A DNA stretch of 41,583 nucleotides from Pseudomonadota bacterium (GCA_015486505.1 WFRP01000125.1:1-41583), one strand, 5' to 3'; shown: positions 18,893-29,122, counted from the stretch's first letter. Notes: generated by a model from the sequence alone, not told the origin. Numbers and translations: made by a program.

Positions 18893-20095
18893 TCAATCTG
18901 TCAAAAAATCACGGCGGCGTTGCGCGAACAGGCTTAGAACATAATCGATATCTTTCCGGGTTAAATCGGCGCTTACGGTTACCCGTAGCCGGGACTGGCC
19001 GGAGGCGACGGTCGGCGGCCGGATTCCCTGAATAAAAACCCCCTGCTCCAAAAACCAGGCGCTGATTTCCATTGTTTTATCGGGGTCGCCGACAACCACC
19101 GGAATAATCGGGGTCGGATCATCACGGACACTGACACCGAGACGTTTAAGGCCGTCGCGAAAATAGCCGGTCAGCGACCTTAAATGCCGCACCGTTTCCG
19201 GTTCGTCAAGCAAAAGGTCAATAGCGGCCATCGAGGCCCCTAAAGCGGCCGGCGGCAGAGCGGTTGAATAGATGAAACTGCGAGCTTTATTTATAAGGTA
19301 ATCGACATATTGCGGCGCTCCGGCAACGTAAGCGCCGCAGCTTCCCAGGGCTTTACCCAGGGTCCCCATCTGCATATCAATATCCTTGTAATCCAGCCCG
19401 AAATGCTCAGCTGAGCCGCGGCCGCCGGGGCCGAGCACGCCGGTGGCATGGGCATCATCAACCACCAGGATCGCGTCATATTTTCGGGCCAGCGCGGCAA
19501 GCTCCGGTAAAGGGGCGATATCGCCGTCCATACTGAAAACGCTGTCTGTCACAATCAGCCGACGCCGGAATCCGGCGGCACTTCCCTTGAGCAGATTTTC
19601 AAGATGCGCAACCTCACAATGCCGATAAATCTCCAATCGGGCCCGGCTCAAACGACAGCCGTCAACGATACTGGCATGATTCAAGGCATCACTGTAGATC
19701 ACATCTCCGGCCCCGACCAGGGTGGTCAGAAGGGCCAGGTTGGCAACATAACCACTATTAAACAGTAAGGCTTTGGGAGTTTTCTTGAAAGCGGCAATTT
19801 TCTCCTCAAGTTCAACGTGCAGGGCCATGGTTCCGGAAATCAGACGCGAAGCCCCGGCGGAACAGCCGTAGCGTTCAGCGGCCGCAAGCGCCTGGACCTT
19901 GAGCTTTGAATGATTGGCAAAACCAAGATAATTATTGGAACAGAGCAGAAGAATCGGCTGTCCCTGCAAGCTGGTATGGGCCTGCTGCGGACCATCAACA
20001 GTCCGCAGAAAACGCAGCCGCCCCTGTTCTTTAAGCTGCTCAAGTTCAAACTCAAGTTCAGAAAGCAATGATTTGTCCGCAACCACTTCAGTCAC
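18893..20095 (-). CDS. bioF: 8-amino-7-oxononanoate synthase
   Basis: SNNYLG, GASRL, FNSGYVAN, NHASI, SMDGD, DDAHATG, GTLGKALG, IRPPTV; next to bioB. Confidence 0.92.
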   Translation of the reverse strand: MTEVVADKSLLSELEFELEQLKEQGRLRFLRTVDGPQQAHTSLQGQPILLLCSNNYLGFANHSKLKVQALAAAERYGCSAGASRLISGTMALHVELEEKIAAFKKTPKALLFNSGYVANLALLTTLVGAGDVIYSDALNHASIVDGCRLSRARLEIYRHCEVAHLENLLKGSAAGFRRRLIVTDSVFSMDGDIAPLPELAALARKYDAILVVDDAHATGVLGPGGRGSAEHFGLDYKDIDMQMGTLGKALGSCGAYVAGAPQYVDYLINKARSFIYSTALPPAALGASMAAIDLLLDEPETVRHLRSLTGYFRDGLKRLGVSVRDDPTPIIPVVVGDPDKTMEISAWFLEQGVFIQGIRPPTVASGQSRLRVTVSADLTRKDIDYVLSLFAQRRRDFLTD

Positions 20096-20097
20096 CT

Positions 20098-21156
20098 TTA
20101 ATCTCCGGCCGCTTCAAGCTCAAACGCGCGCCAGTCCTTAAGCAAACGCTGATCATCCGACCACTGGCGGCCGCTGGTGGTCAGATAATCACCAATCATT
20201 AAACCATTGGCGCCGGCGGCAAAAATAAACGACTGAAAATCCCCGAAAGTCCGCTGTCGCCCGCCGCAGATCCGGATATCAACTGTGGGACAGACAAACC
20301 TGAACATCGCCATCGTTAAAAGCGCCACAAACGGGGTCAGGCCCGGTTCCTCGGCCAACGGAGTGCCGCTGACCGGGACGAGAAAATTTAGGGGGATTGA
20401 GTCGACTTTAAGCTCCCGCAGCGTCAAAGCCAACTCCACCCGCTGGGCCCAACTCTCGCCCAAGCCCATAATCCCACCGCTGCAGACGTAAAGACCGACA
20501 TCTTTCGCGGTTTTGACCGTCGCGACCGCCCGCTCATAATCGTGCGTGGTACAGATATTTTTAAAAAAGGAGCGGGAAGTTTCGAGATTATGGTGGTAGT
20601 GTTTAAGGCCGGCGTCACGATAACGGGCCGCCGTCGCCTCATCAAGAAATCCCAGGGACGCGCAGGGCCCGACCCCGGTGGCGCTGATTTCTTGCAGCAT
20701 CGCGATAATCTTTTCCTGTTCGGCCGAACAATCGACTGCCGTACCGCTGGTGACAATCGAAAAATTATCCACAGTACAGGCCGCCGCGGCCCGGGCCCGT
20801 TCGGCCAACTCCGCAACAGTTATCAGCGGAAAAGTCTTAACCCCGGTATCATAGGAGATCGATTGCGCGCAATAAGCGCAATCTTCCGGACAGCGGCCGG
20901 ATTTGGCATTGGTTATCGCGCAAAGCGCGATTTTCGAACCGCAAAAATGGCGCCGCAGCCGGTTACTTAAAGGTAATAACGAAAAAATATCCGGCCCGGC
21001 CAACTCCCCCATTGCCAAAGCCAGTGTTTTTTCAATACCTGCTCCCGTCGCCGATATTTCCGGCAACAACACTTCCAACTCGGCAATAATTGCCGGCTTT
21101 TCTTTCTCCGCTTTCCCGGATTTACAGGATTTTTGAACTAAACACATATTCCGCAA
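20098..21156 (-). CDS. bioB: biotin synthase
   Basis: NAKSGRCPEDCAYCAQS radical-SAM motif, YHHNLETS, CSGGIMGLGE, SIPLNFL, GDYLTT.G; TTG start with AAGGA RBS (ATG 21147 is an alternative). Confidence 0.93.
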   Translation of the reverse strand: MRNMCLVQKSCKSGKAEKEKPAIIAELEVLLPEISATGAGIEKTLALAMGELAGPDIFSLLPLSNRLRRHFCGSKIALCAITNAKSGRCPEDCAYCAQSISYDTGVKTFPLITVAELAERARAAAACTVDNFSIVTSGTAVDCSAEQEKIIAMLQEISATGVGPCASLGFLDEATAARYRDAGLKHYHHNLETSRSFFKNICTTHDYERAVATVKTAKDVGLYVCSGGIMGLGESWAQRVELALTLRELKVDSIPLNFLVPVSGTPLAEEPGLTPFVALLTMAMFRFVCPTVDIRICGGRQRTFGDFQSFIFAAGANGLMIGDYLTTSGRQWSDDQRLLKDWRAFELEAAGD

Positions 21157-21201
21157 AGAAAATTCCTTTTATTTTTCGGTTACTGATGCTAGTTTTAAAA
21201 T

Positions 21202-21810
21202 ATGGCATTCAATCGTAAAGACAGTTACTATAAACAGGCAAAGCGCGAAGGTAAGCGCTCCCGGGCCATCTATAAGATTGAGGAGATCGATCAACGCTTC
21301 CGGGTCTTCAAAAAAGGCCAGAAAATCCTCGAACTCGGGGCGGCACCCGGCGGCTGGATGGAGTATATCGCCCAACGCGTTGGGCCTTCAGGGATGGTTC
21401 TGGGGCTTGATCTGCTCCCCATAGCCAAGCTTAAATCACCCCCCTGCCTGACTCTGATTGCCGATATTCTGGCACCTGATACCGGAGCCCGGATAGATGA
21501 TCTGGTAAGCCCGCCGTTTGCCGGCATCGTCTCGGATCTTGCCCCCAATCTTACCGGAATTAAAGCCACCGATCAAGCCAACTCCATTGCCATACTGGAA
21601 TCAGCCCTGCAACTCGGCCTTGAACGGCTCAATCAGGGCGGTTTTTTTATCGGCAAGGTCTTTCAGGGCAGCGAACTTAAACCGTTTAAGAATCGACTGC
21701 AAGCGCTCTTCGCGAAAACCACCCTGGCCAAACCGAAGGCCAGCCGTAAAACCTCAACCGAGATTTACCTGGTGGCAACCGGCTACGCCGGCAACACCAG
21801 ACTCCAGTAA
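21202..21810 (+). CDS. rlmE: 23S rRNA (U2552-2'-O) methyltransferase
   Basis: D.YYKQAK.EG.RSRA.YK, LGAAPGGW, SDLAPN.TG, KVFQG, KPKASR..S.E.Y. Confidence 0.92.
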   Translation: MAFNRKDSYYKQAKREGKRSRAIYKIEEIDQRFRVFKKGQKILELGAAPGGWMEYIAQRVGPSGMVLGLDLLPIAKLKSPPCLTLIADILAPDTGARIDDLVSPPFAGIVSDLAPNLTGIKATDQANSIAILESALQLGLERLNQGGFFIGKVFQGSELKPFKNRLQALFAKTTLAKPKASRKTSTEIYLVATGYAGNTRLQ

Positions 21811-22562
21811 AAATCAAGCAGTTGCCGGCCGTAAAAAAGATAAAGCAAACCGCCCGCCGCCAGGAACGGACCGAAGGGAATCGCGTAACGCCCGTCCCGG
21901 CCCTGCCAGACCACCAGCCCGACCCCGATTAGAGCCCCGCTTAGCGAACTTAACAAAATAATCGGCAGCAGAGCCTTATAACCCAAAAAAGCCCCAAACA
22001 TAGCCAAAAGCTTTAAATCACCGCCGCCCATACCGTCGCGCCCGGTACAAAAATAATAACCGGCCGCCACCAGCCACAATGAAAACCAGCCTGAAGCCGC
22101 CCCCAGCAAAAACTCCCACCAGGGCACAGAACCGCCCCACCACCAGCACCCGGCCAGCCCGATAACAATACCGGTCAGACTGAATCCATCGGGTATGATC
22201 TGAAATTCCAGATCAATAAATGTGATCGGTACCAGGAGAAAAATCAAAATCAGCGCCCGGGCCAACGCCGGACTCAGGCCGAACTGCCAGGCGGCGGCCC
22301 CGAACAAGAGGCCGGTTAAAAGCTCAACCAGCGGGTAACGTATGGATATCGGTTCCCGGCAGAAGAAACAGCGGCCCCGCAGAAAAAGATAGGTCAACAG
22401 CGGCACATTAAGCCAGAACGGCAGCCGATGTTTGCATCTGGGACAATGTGAAGGCGGCGCGACTATCGATAAATCGCGGGGTATGCGATAGATACAGACA
22501 TTAAAAAAGCTGCCGCAGACCAGCCCGAAAACAGCGACAACAATAATGATGAATAATTCCAT
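21783..22562 (-). CDS. pilD: type IV prepilin peptidase/N-methyltransferase
   Basis: GSFFNVCIYRIP, SHCPRC, GRCFFC, IDL...IIPD, GMGGGDLKL, IPFGPFL. Confidence 0.93.
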   Translation of the reverse strand: MELFIIIVVAVFGLVCGSFFNVCIYRIPRDLSIVAPPSHCPRCKHRLPFWLNVPLLTYLFLRGRCFFCREPISIRYPLVELLTGLLFGAAAWQFGLSPALARALILIFLLVPITFIDLEFQIIPDGFSLTGIVIGLAGCWWWGGSVPWWEFLLGAASGWFSLWLVAAGYYFCTGRDGMGGGDLKLLAMFGAFLGYKALLPIILLSSLSGALIGVGLVVWQGRDGRYAIPFGPFLAAGGLLYLFYGRQLLDFYWSLVLPA

Positions 22563-22617
22563 TACCGACCTGAAAACCCTGTATTTGACTCTTGCTTGAC
22601 TCCAGGGAATAAGATAG

Positions 22618-22646
22618 TTGAATAAAATTGCTCAATATGATATATA
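22618..22646 (+). promoter_or_regulatory. putative sigma70 promoter upstream of carD
   Basis: TTGAAT-17 bp-TATATA with TG at the extended -10 position. Confidence 0.4.
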
Positions 22647-22772
22647 GGGGTTTCGGAACGGAGCCGGAGATTTAATTCCGCTTAACGGACGAACTTATAC
22701 TGAACCGTCTATCACGCCGAGTTGACTTTGCCAAGAAAATAATTACATAAACACCCTGATAACGAATCATAA

Positions 22773-22911
22773 CCAATGCGGGAACAGATCCCGCAACCCA
22801 AAAGAAAGTTATTGGCCCGCACCCAGGGGCACTTCCGCTGGTCGCAAATAAGTACTCTTATCAGAACATTTTCTTGTTTTTTCAAACCGAAAATAACCTG
22901 TAAGGTACTAA
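22773..22911 (+). repeat. repeat family A, single long copy
   Basis: CCAA-TGCGGGAACAGATCCCGCA...CCTGTAAGGTA-CTAA. Confidence 0.95.
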
Positions 22912-22957
22912 TAAAGCACATTAACCATCAAACCGATACTTACGGATTAAATTACTT

Positions 22958-23491
22958 ATGGAAAACGAGGCAATCAGGACTTTCAACGTTGGCGAACTGG
23001 CCGTCTATCCGGGACACGGCGTAGGTGAAATCACTGCCATCGAACAGCGTGAGGTCTGTGATGAAACGCAGAATTTTTACATAATGGTGATTCTGGACAG
23101 CAATATCACGATTATGATCCCCAAGAACAACACCACCAACGTCGGCTTAAGAGCCCTGGTCAACGCCGAACAGATCAACGAAGTCTATACGACCCTGAAA
23201 AAACGCAAAATCAAACTCTCGCACCAAACCTGGAACAAACGCTACAAACAGTTTCACGATAAAATAAAACGGGGTTCACTTTTTGAAGTCGCCGAGGTCT
23301 TTCGTGATCTTAATCTGATCAGCATAAATAAAGAGCTCTCTTTCGGCGAACGTAAAATGATGGAAACCGCCAAACATCTGATTATCTCCGAACTGGCCTT
23401 AGCCCGCAACCTCTCCGAGGCTGAAATCGACCAGGAAATCCAGGAAATATTCGCAAACAACGAACCTGAAACCGAGACCGAGCAATCTTGA
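22958..23491 (+). CDS. carD: CarD family RNA polymerase-binding transcription factor (CdnL-like)
   Basis: F.VG.LAVYPGHGVG.I..IE, TWNKRY, LSFGERKM. Confidence 0.92.
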   Translation: MENEAIRTFNVGELAVYPGHGVGEITAIEQREVCDETQNFYIMVILDSNITIMIPKNNTTNVGLRALVNAEQINEVYTTLKKRKIKLSHQTWNKRYKQFHDKIKRGSLFEVAEVFRDLNLISINKELSFGERKMMETAKHLIISELALARNLSEAEIDQEIQEIFANNEPETETEQS

Positions 23492-23536
23492 TTTACGTCG
23501 AAATGGCTCCCGAAAAGCATTACGGGTTTTGTCAGA

Positions 23537-23665
23537 CTAATTCGGGAACAAATTCCCGCAACCCAAAAGAAAGTTTTCGGCCCGCAAATAAGTACTCTTA
23601 TCAGAACATTTTCTGATTATTAAATCTTGTTTTTTTGGTGCAGAAAATAACCTGTAAGGTACTAA
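23537..23665 (+). repeat. repeat family A, single copy
   Basis: flanked by CTAA on both sides (23537-23540, 23662-23665). Confidence 0.95.
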
Positions 23666-23680
23666 GATACGAGAAGACCA

Positions 23681-24670
23681 TTGCAGATAATCCGCGCATT
23701 TTTCGTTCTATCATCAGCCCTACTTTCTTTTCAGATCGCAAAAGTTCAATTTGGCCGGATCGATTACGCCTGCGTTGCCGCGTTCATTACCGCGGCCCTT
23801 ATAACCTACACATTCTACCTGATCAGCCGCCTGAAAAAAGTGCCTTTACGCACCCTGGTCGGGGGTTTTTCCGGGATGGTAATCGGCCTCTTTATCGCCA
23901 ACCTGCTCCTGCGCGGCGCTCCGTTTGTCGACCTGTTCGACAACCCGCGTACCAGCTTCACCCTTTATCTGCTGACCTACTCAATGTTTGCCTACGTCGC
24001 GCTGGAGGTCGGCCTGAAAAAAGGCGATGAGTTTGATCTCATCCATTCCCTGGTCGCAAAAAAGCGCCACGATTCCGAGAAAATTGTCGACACCTCCGTA
24101 ATTATTGACGGCCGGATTGCCGATGCCTGCGAAACCGGATTTATCGAAGGAACCTTGATCATCCCGCAATTTGTTCTCCACGAGCTCCAGCTCATCGCCG
24201 ATTCCCCCGACTCTTTAAAAAGAACCCGGGGCCGGCGCGGCCTTGATATCTTAAAGCGCATCCAGAATCAGGCTAAAATCAAAATCGATATTACCGAAGA
24301 AGATTTCCCCCGGATCAAGGATGTTGACTCCAAACTGGTCGCTCTGGCAAAAAAACGCGAAGCCCAGATTCTGACCAATGATTACAACCTGAATAAGGTT
24401 GCCGATCTGCAGGGAGTCGAAGTTCTCAACCTCAACCAGCTGGCCGAGGCCTTGAAACCGCTGGTGCTGCCCGGCGAAAGTATGAATGTAATCGTCTCCA
24501 AAGAGGGCAAAGAGCCGATGCAGGGCGTGGCCTATCTTGATGACGGCACCATGGTGGTTATCGATCAAGGCCGCGACCTGGTTGGTGAAGCGGCTGAAGT
24601 TACAGTTACCAGCGTCCTGCAGACCACCGCCGGGCGTATGATTTTTGCCAAGCGCAAAAACGGTTCTTAA
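23681..24670 (+). CDS. membrane-anchored PIN/TRAM domain protein (YacL-like)
   Basis: N-terminal TM helices; DTSVIIDGRI, ELQ.IADS.D..KR.RGRRGLD, TNDYNLNKVA, QGVAYLDDGTMVV, TSVLQT.AGRMIF. Confidence 0.92.
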   Translation: MQIIRAFFVLSSALLSFQIAKVQFGRIDYACVAAFITAALITYTFYLISRLKKVPLRTLVGGFSGMVIGLFIANLLLRGAPFVDLFDNPRTSFTLYLLTYSMFAYVALEVGLKKGDEFDLIHSLVAKKRHDSEKIVDTSVIIDGRIADACETGFIEGTLIIPQFVLHELQLIADSPDSLKRTRGRRGLDILKRIQNQAKIKIDITEEDFPRIKDVDSKLVALAKKREAQILTNDYNLNKVADLQGVEVLNLNQLAEALKPLVLPGESMNVIVSKEGKEPMQGVAYLDDGTMVVIDQGRDLVGEAAEVTVTSVLQTTAGRMIFAKRKNGS

Positions 24671-24673
24671 ACT

Positions 24674-25927
24674 GTGCCGGAGTTGAAAGATAAGTCAGTT
24701 TTCGCAATTATTGTTGCGGCCGGCAGCGGCAACCGCTGCCCCGGTCCCAGGGCCAAGCAGTTCCTTAACCTTAAAGGCAAACCCATCTATACCCGGAGTG
24801 TTCAGGCTTTCCAGGAAACCGCGTGCGTCTCCGGCATTATAATTGTCGGCCCCGGCAATAACGCGGCCGCCCTGCTTGAAATGCAGGCCCTGACCGAAAC
24901 TTTTCCCAAAGTAATAAAGGTTGTCGCCGGCGGCAAGAGCCGGACGGAATCGGTCGCCAACGGGCTTAAAGCCCTGCGTTCAAGCGGCAATATCACAGAA
25001 AACGACCCGGTTCTGATCCATGACGGCGTCCGCCCGCTGGTCACGCCGGAACTTATCCGGCAGGTGGCCGGCAAAGTCGGCCCCGACCAGATCGCCATCC
25101 CGACCACAACCCCAACGGCCACCGTTAAAAAAATTTCCGGAGAAACCATCACCGCAACCATCGACCGGGAGACCACCGGCCTGGCGCAAACCCCGCAGGG
25201 TGTAACTTATGCCCTGCTGGAAGAAGCCGTAAGCCACTGGCTGAAGCACCCGACGTCCGCAATCACTGATGAAGGTTCTCTCATCGAAAACCTGCCCCCC
25301 GAAAGACGACAGCAAATAATTATGAACAACGTTTCCGGCGATCCCGACAATCTTAAAATCACTTTTCCAAAGGATCTACAAAAGGCGGAAACCATTCTTG
25401 ATGAGAGAGAAAACCTTAAACCGGTTTCACCCGACAACCTCCCCTATAAACCCCGCGTAGCGACCGGCTTCGGCTACGATGTTCACGCCTTTGCCCCGCA
25501 GCGAAAACTTTTTCTGGGCGGCCTTGAAATCCCGCACCCTCTGGGCCTGGCCGGACATTCCGATGCCGATGTTTTAATTCATGCCTTAGTCGATGCCATC
25601 CTTGGCGCCATCGGGGCCGGCGACATCGGCCGCCATTTCCCGGATCACGACCCGACCTACAAAGACTTGAGCAGTCTTTTCTTTCTCCAAAGAACCATGC
25701 GGCTGGTTCAGAAACGGGGATTTCATCTGGAGGCGGCCGATATTACAGTGGTGGCCGAGCAGCCAAAACTCAAACCCCATATACCGGAGATGCTGACCCG
25801 ACTGCATCGATGCATTGCGCAGCCGTGCCAATTAAACATCAAGGCCACCACCAGCGAAGGCCTCGGGTTTACCGGTCGTCGCGAAGGGATCGCGGCTTAC
25901 GCGGTTGCGACCGTGACCGCAACCTGA
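24674..25927 (+). CDS. ispDF: bifunctional MEP cytidylyltransferase / MEcPP synthase
   Basis: IVAAGSGNR...KQF, IHDGVRP, AQTPQ, NLKIT (IspD) fused to GFGYDVH, GHSDADV..HA..DA.LGA, KATTSEGLGF.GR.EG (IspF). Confidence 0.94.
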   Translation: MPELKDKSVFAIIVAAGSGNRCPGPRAKQFLNLKGKPIYTRSVQAFQETACVSGIIIVGPGNNAAALLEMQALTETFPKVIKVVAGGKSRTESVANGLKALRSSGNITENDPVLIHDGVRPLVTPELIRQVAGKVGPDQIAIPTTTPTATVKKISGETITATIDRETTGLAQTPQGVTYALLEEAVSHWLKHPTSAITDEGSLIENLPPERRQQIIMNNVSGDPDNLKITFPKDLQKAETILDERENLKPVSPDNLPYKPRVATGFGYDVHAFAPQRKLFLGGLEIPHPLGLAGHSDADVLIHALVDAILGAIGAGDIGRHFPDHDPTYKDLSSLFFLQRTMRLVQKRGFHLEAADITVVAEQPKLKPHIPEMLTRLHRCIAQPCQLNIKATTSEGLGFTGRREGIAAYAVATVTAT

Positions 25928-25943
25928 TTGCAGCCTGATTACC

Positions 25944-26744
25944 ATGATGATCCCACCTGCAAGTTCGCAAACTGAAAACATTTCCCGCCGGCTTGTCCGG
26001 CAGATTAACGATTCCCACCGGGCTTTCAAAATTGCACTCGGGCTTTCACTTATAATCCACGCGTTCCTGTTGCTGCCCGGCCTGTTCAACAAAACGCCCA
26101 GAAGGCTCTCCGATGAAAACCTGGTTGAGGTCAGGCTGCTTGATAAAGCCCCAAAATCCAAACCAAAATCCAGACCGCCGGTAAAACACCGCAAACCAAC
26201 CCTGAAACCTAAAAGGAAGCTCAAACACAAAAAAAAATCCAAGCCGAAAAAAAAATTGCGTAAGGTCACCAAGGAATCAACTCTCGCCCGCCGCCGCAGC
26301 GTTCCTAAAAAAAAGAAACCGGCCGCCGACAACAAACTTGAGGCGATCAAAAAACGTCTCGCCCGGCAACAGGAAGAAGAGAAACTCAACCAGATTCGCC
26401 AACGCCTGCGCCGTAGCGTATCACCCGCAGCTAAAGCCCGGCAAAGCCGCCTGACCCAGGCCTACAGTCAAACACTGACCGCCTGGATAATGCGCAACTG
26501 GCATTTGCCGGAATACCTTCTGAACAGCGGCCTTGAAGCCACAATCAGCTTGACGATTTCCGCCTCCGGAACTCTGATAAACCTTAATGAGGAACAATTA
26601 TCCGGCAATTCGATTTTTGATAACGCCATGCGCCAGGCCATCAGCAACGCTAACCCGTTTCCGCCTTTCCCGGCGGAATTAACTATTCCGCGGGAGGAAT
26701 TTGTCATAACTTTCAACCCCAACAAGATTCTTAAAGAGAACTGA
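25944..26744 (+). CDS. tolA: TolA/TonB-family energy transducer
   Basis: single TM with S.xxH motif (SLIIH), Lys/Pro-rich linker, C-terminal I..NW..P, SGN..FD.A...AI..A.PFPP; directly upstream of tolB. Confidence 0.78.
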   Translation: MMIPPASSQTENISRRLVRQINDSHRAFKIALGLSLIIHAFLLLPGLFNKTPRRLSDENLVEVRLLDKAPKSKPKSRPPVKHRKPTLKPKRKLKHKKKSKPKKKLRKVTKESTLARRRSVPKKKKPAADNKLEAIKKRLARQQEEEKLNQIRQRLRRSVSPAAKARQSRLTQAYSQTLTAWIMRNWHLPEYLLNSGLEATISLTISASGTLINLNEEQLSGNSIFDNAMRQAISNANPFPPFPAELTIPREEFVITFNPNKILKEN

Positions 26745-26747
26745 GCA

Positions 26748-28109
26748 ATGAAAAAAACAAGTTTCACAAAATCGGTCAAAGCAAGCCGCGCCCGGGTCCT
26801 GACCCTGCTGATGGTTTCCTGCATACTTCTAATCCTGGCCAACATAGCCCGGGCCCGGGTCTATCTTGAACTGGACTCACCCAACCTGCGGCGCGTCCCT
26901 CTGGCGATCGCCCCGCTGCAACCGCTTTGCGGCGCCAGCACCAATGCGGAAATTGCCCAGGTCGGACGTCAGATATTAATTGACGATCTCGAATTTTCTA
27001 CCTTTTTTGAACTGCTGCTTGACACTGAAAATTACCTCGAAAAACCCCAAAAATGCAGCCTCTCGCCCGGGACCTTTGATTACAGCAACTGGTCTTTGAT
27101 CGGGGCTGAACTGCTGATCAAAGCGGGCTATTCATTAAGCGGCAAAACCCTGGTCGCGGAATTTCGCCTCTACGACACCCTGGAAGGCAAAATGCTGATC
27201 GGGAAACGCTACCGCAGCCGGGCCAAAAATATCCGGCTGCTGTTCCATATGTTCACTAATCTTGTCGTGGAAAAGGTTACCGGCCTGCCCGGTGAATTCA
27301 CTGCCAAGATTGCCTTCTGCGGGCGCCGGCTCGGTGAACCGGCGCAAGAGTTATACATTTGTGATTATGACGGACAGGAATTACACCAGATCACCCGCAA
27401 TCACACTATCAACGTCTCCCCGGCCTGGTCCCATGACACCAATAAAATCGCCTACACTTCATATCTGAACAACAACCCCGATCTTTATGTTATCGACCTT
27501 AAAAAAGGCAAAGAGATACTTTTGAGCAAGCGCAAAGGGCTCAATGTGGCCGCCGACTGGTCGGCTGACGATCGCTACCTGACTTTGATGCAGCGCTATG
27601 CCCACCACAGCGAAATAACCATTATCGACAGCAGTTCGGGAAAAACCATACGCCGCCTGACCAACAGCCCTTCTAACCAGGCCTCACCCTGCTGGTCGCC
27701 TGACAACAGCGAAATCGCTTTTGTCTCCGACCGCAGCGGCACTCCCCATATTTACGTTATCCCGGCCTCCGGGGGCTCCTGGAGGCGCCTCACCAAAATC
27801 GACGCCTATAACGCCGACCCGGACTGGTCCGTTTGTAATGACAAAATCGTTTTCACCTCCAGGATCGATGGGATCTTCCAAATCTGCACGATCCGGCCGG
27901 ATGGTTCGGGCTACCGCCAACTAACCTTTACCAACAGTAATTGCGAAGTTCCCTGCTGGTCACCAAATGGCCGTCACATTCTTTTCACAAAGAAAATCAA
28001 CAATATCCGCCAGTTAATGGTTATGGACGCCAAGGGCCGCAACCTGAAACAGATCACTTTTGACAAAATCGACAAGAAAGGACCCAGCTGGTCCGCCAAC
28101 CGTCGATAA
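26748..28109 (+). CDS. tolB: Tol-Pal beta-propeller protein
   Basis: signal peptide, N-terminal DLEFS..F domain, repeated SP.WSPD/IAF.SDR.G PD40 repeats; upstream of pal. Confidence 0.92.
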   Translation: MKKTSFTKSVKASRARVLTLLMVSCILLILANIARARVYLELDSPNLRRVPLAIAPLQPLCGASTNAEIAQVGRQILIDDLEFSTFFELLLDTENYLEKPQKCSLSPGTFDYSNWSLIGAELLIKAGYSLSGKTLVAEFRLYDTLEGKMLIGKRYRSRAKNIRLLFHMFTNLVVEKVTGLPGEFTAKIAFCGRRLGEPAQELYICDYDGQELHQITRNHTINVSPAWSHDTNKIAYTSYLNNNPDLYVIDLKKGKEILLSKRKGLNVAADWSADDRYLTLMQRYAHHSEITIIDSSSGKTIRRLTNSPSNQASPCWSPDNSEIAFVSDRSGTPHIYVIPASGGSWRRLTKIDAYNADPDWSVCNDKIVFTSRIDGIFQICTIRPDGSGYRQLTFTNSNCEVPCWSPNGRHILFTKKINNIRQLMVMDAKGRNLKQITFDKIDKKGPSWSANRR

Positions 28110-28287
28110 AACTCGCATAAAAGTAATCACGACAATAAAAAAACTTACAGGATAACTCGCAAATGTACTCGCAATAGAACAAATATAACCAACTAACCCA
28201 GGTTCCCGGAGCGCCCTAACCACAGAAAATATTGGAAGATTTTAATTAACCGGCTGCTTTTCAAAGGCATCACATTGACAAAACTAT

Positions 28288-28440
28288 CTAATGCGGAAAC
28301 AAATTCCCGCACCCCAAAAGAAAGTTTTCGGCCCGTACCCCAAGGGCAATCCGCTGGTCGCAGATAAGTACTCTTATCAGAACATTTTCTGATTATCAAA
28401 TCTGGTTTTTTGGTGCAGAAAATAACCTGTAAGGTACTAA
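28288..28440 (+). repeat. repeat family A, single long copy
   Basis: flanked by CTAA on both sides (28288-28291, 28437-28440). Confidence 0.95.
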
Positions 28441-28570
28441 ATATATGAAATTAGCTTGATTTTTTATATTAAAGGAGTTATGTATAGTGCATCAGACACT
28501 GTTTTAAAATGTTCTGGTATTAATTAAGCACTTGTTTAACCTTCAACAATCACCGAAAAAGGAGTCCCAA

Positions 28571-29122
28571 ATGAAAGCAGCAAAAGCAATTCTGGCGTTG
28601 GCTTTGTTCGCAAGCTTGATGTTTGTGTTCACAAGTTGCACATGCAAACCTGATCTCGAAGAAGAGAAAGTCACGCAACCGACGACAATGACAACCCCGG
28701 CCGCAGCAACCTCCTCCGAGGCGGTTAAACCGGCAGCGACCTCTACCGGCGTAGTTACCGTTGGCGACCGGGTGGTTGATATCGGCGACCATATTTTCCC
28801 GATCTATTTTGATTTCGACAAAGCCGCTTTACGCAGTGACGCCCGCGAAACTCTGGGGAAACTGGCGCAGTGGATGAAAGTCAACCCCGAGGTCAAACTG
28901 CGCATCGACGGCCACTGCGATGAACGCGGCTCAAACGAGTATAACCTGGCCTTAGGTGAAACCCGGGCCGCCAGCGCGCAGAAATATTTGGTCTATCTGG
29001 GAATCTCTCCGGAACGTTTTGAGATATTAAGTTTCGGTGAAGAAAAACCGGTCTGCAGCGAAGCCACGGAAAGCTGCTGGAGCCGATGCCGGCGGGATGA
29101 TTTTACAATTACCGCCAAATAA
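28571..29122 (+). CDS. pal: peptidoglycan-associated lipoprotein
   Basis: lipobox FTSC; IYFDFDK, GHCDERGSNEYNLALGE.RA, SFGEEKP; ATG 28571 follows AAGGAG. Confidence 0.95.
   Translation: MKAAKAILALALFASLMFVFTSCTCKPDLEEEKVTQPTTMTTPAAATSSEAVKPAATSTGVVTVGDRVVDIGDHIFPIYFDFDKAALRSDARETLGKLAQWMKVNPEVKLRIDGHCDERGSNEYNLALGETRAASAQKYLVYLGISPERFEILSFGEEKPVCSEATESCWSRCRRDDFTITAK

Noticed and set aside
22647-22720. Possible ncRNA upstream of carD beginning GGGG
   Set aside because: No tRNA, tmRNA, 6S or riboswitch hallmarks recognised; only weak pairing
22776-23024. Small ORFs MREQIPQPK...[22 protein letters not shown] (also 5167, 29027-29329, 30286-30471, 28193-28399)
   Set aside because: They are translations of family A; no RBS, and long-apex variants contain stops or frameshifts. 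Short-apex units are multiples of 3 (111, 132, 135, 135 bp) but the sample is too small to infer coding
28111-28175. Three ACTCGCA heptamers after tolB
   Set aside because: Irregular spacing and too short to distinguish from chance
28288-28440. Family A as integron attC sites
   Set aside because: Lacks RYYYAAC/GTTRRRY core boxes, lies between housekeeping genes in mixed orientation, and no integrase is present
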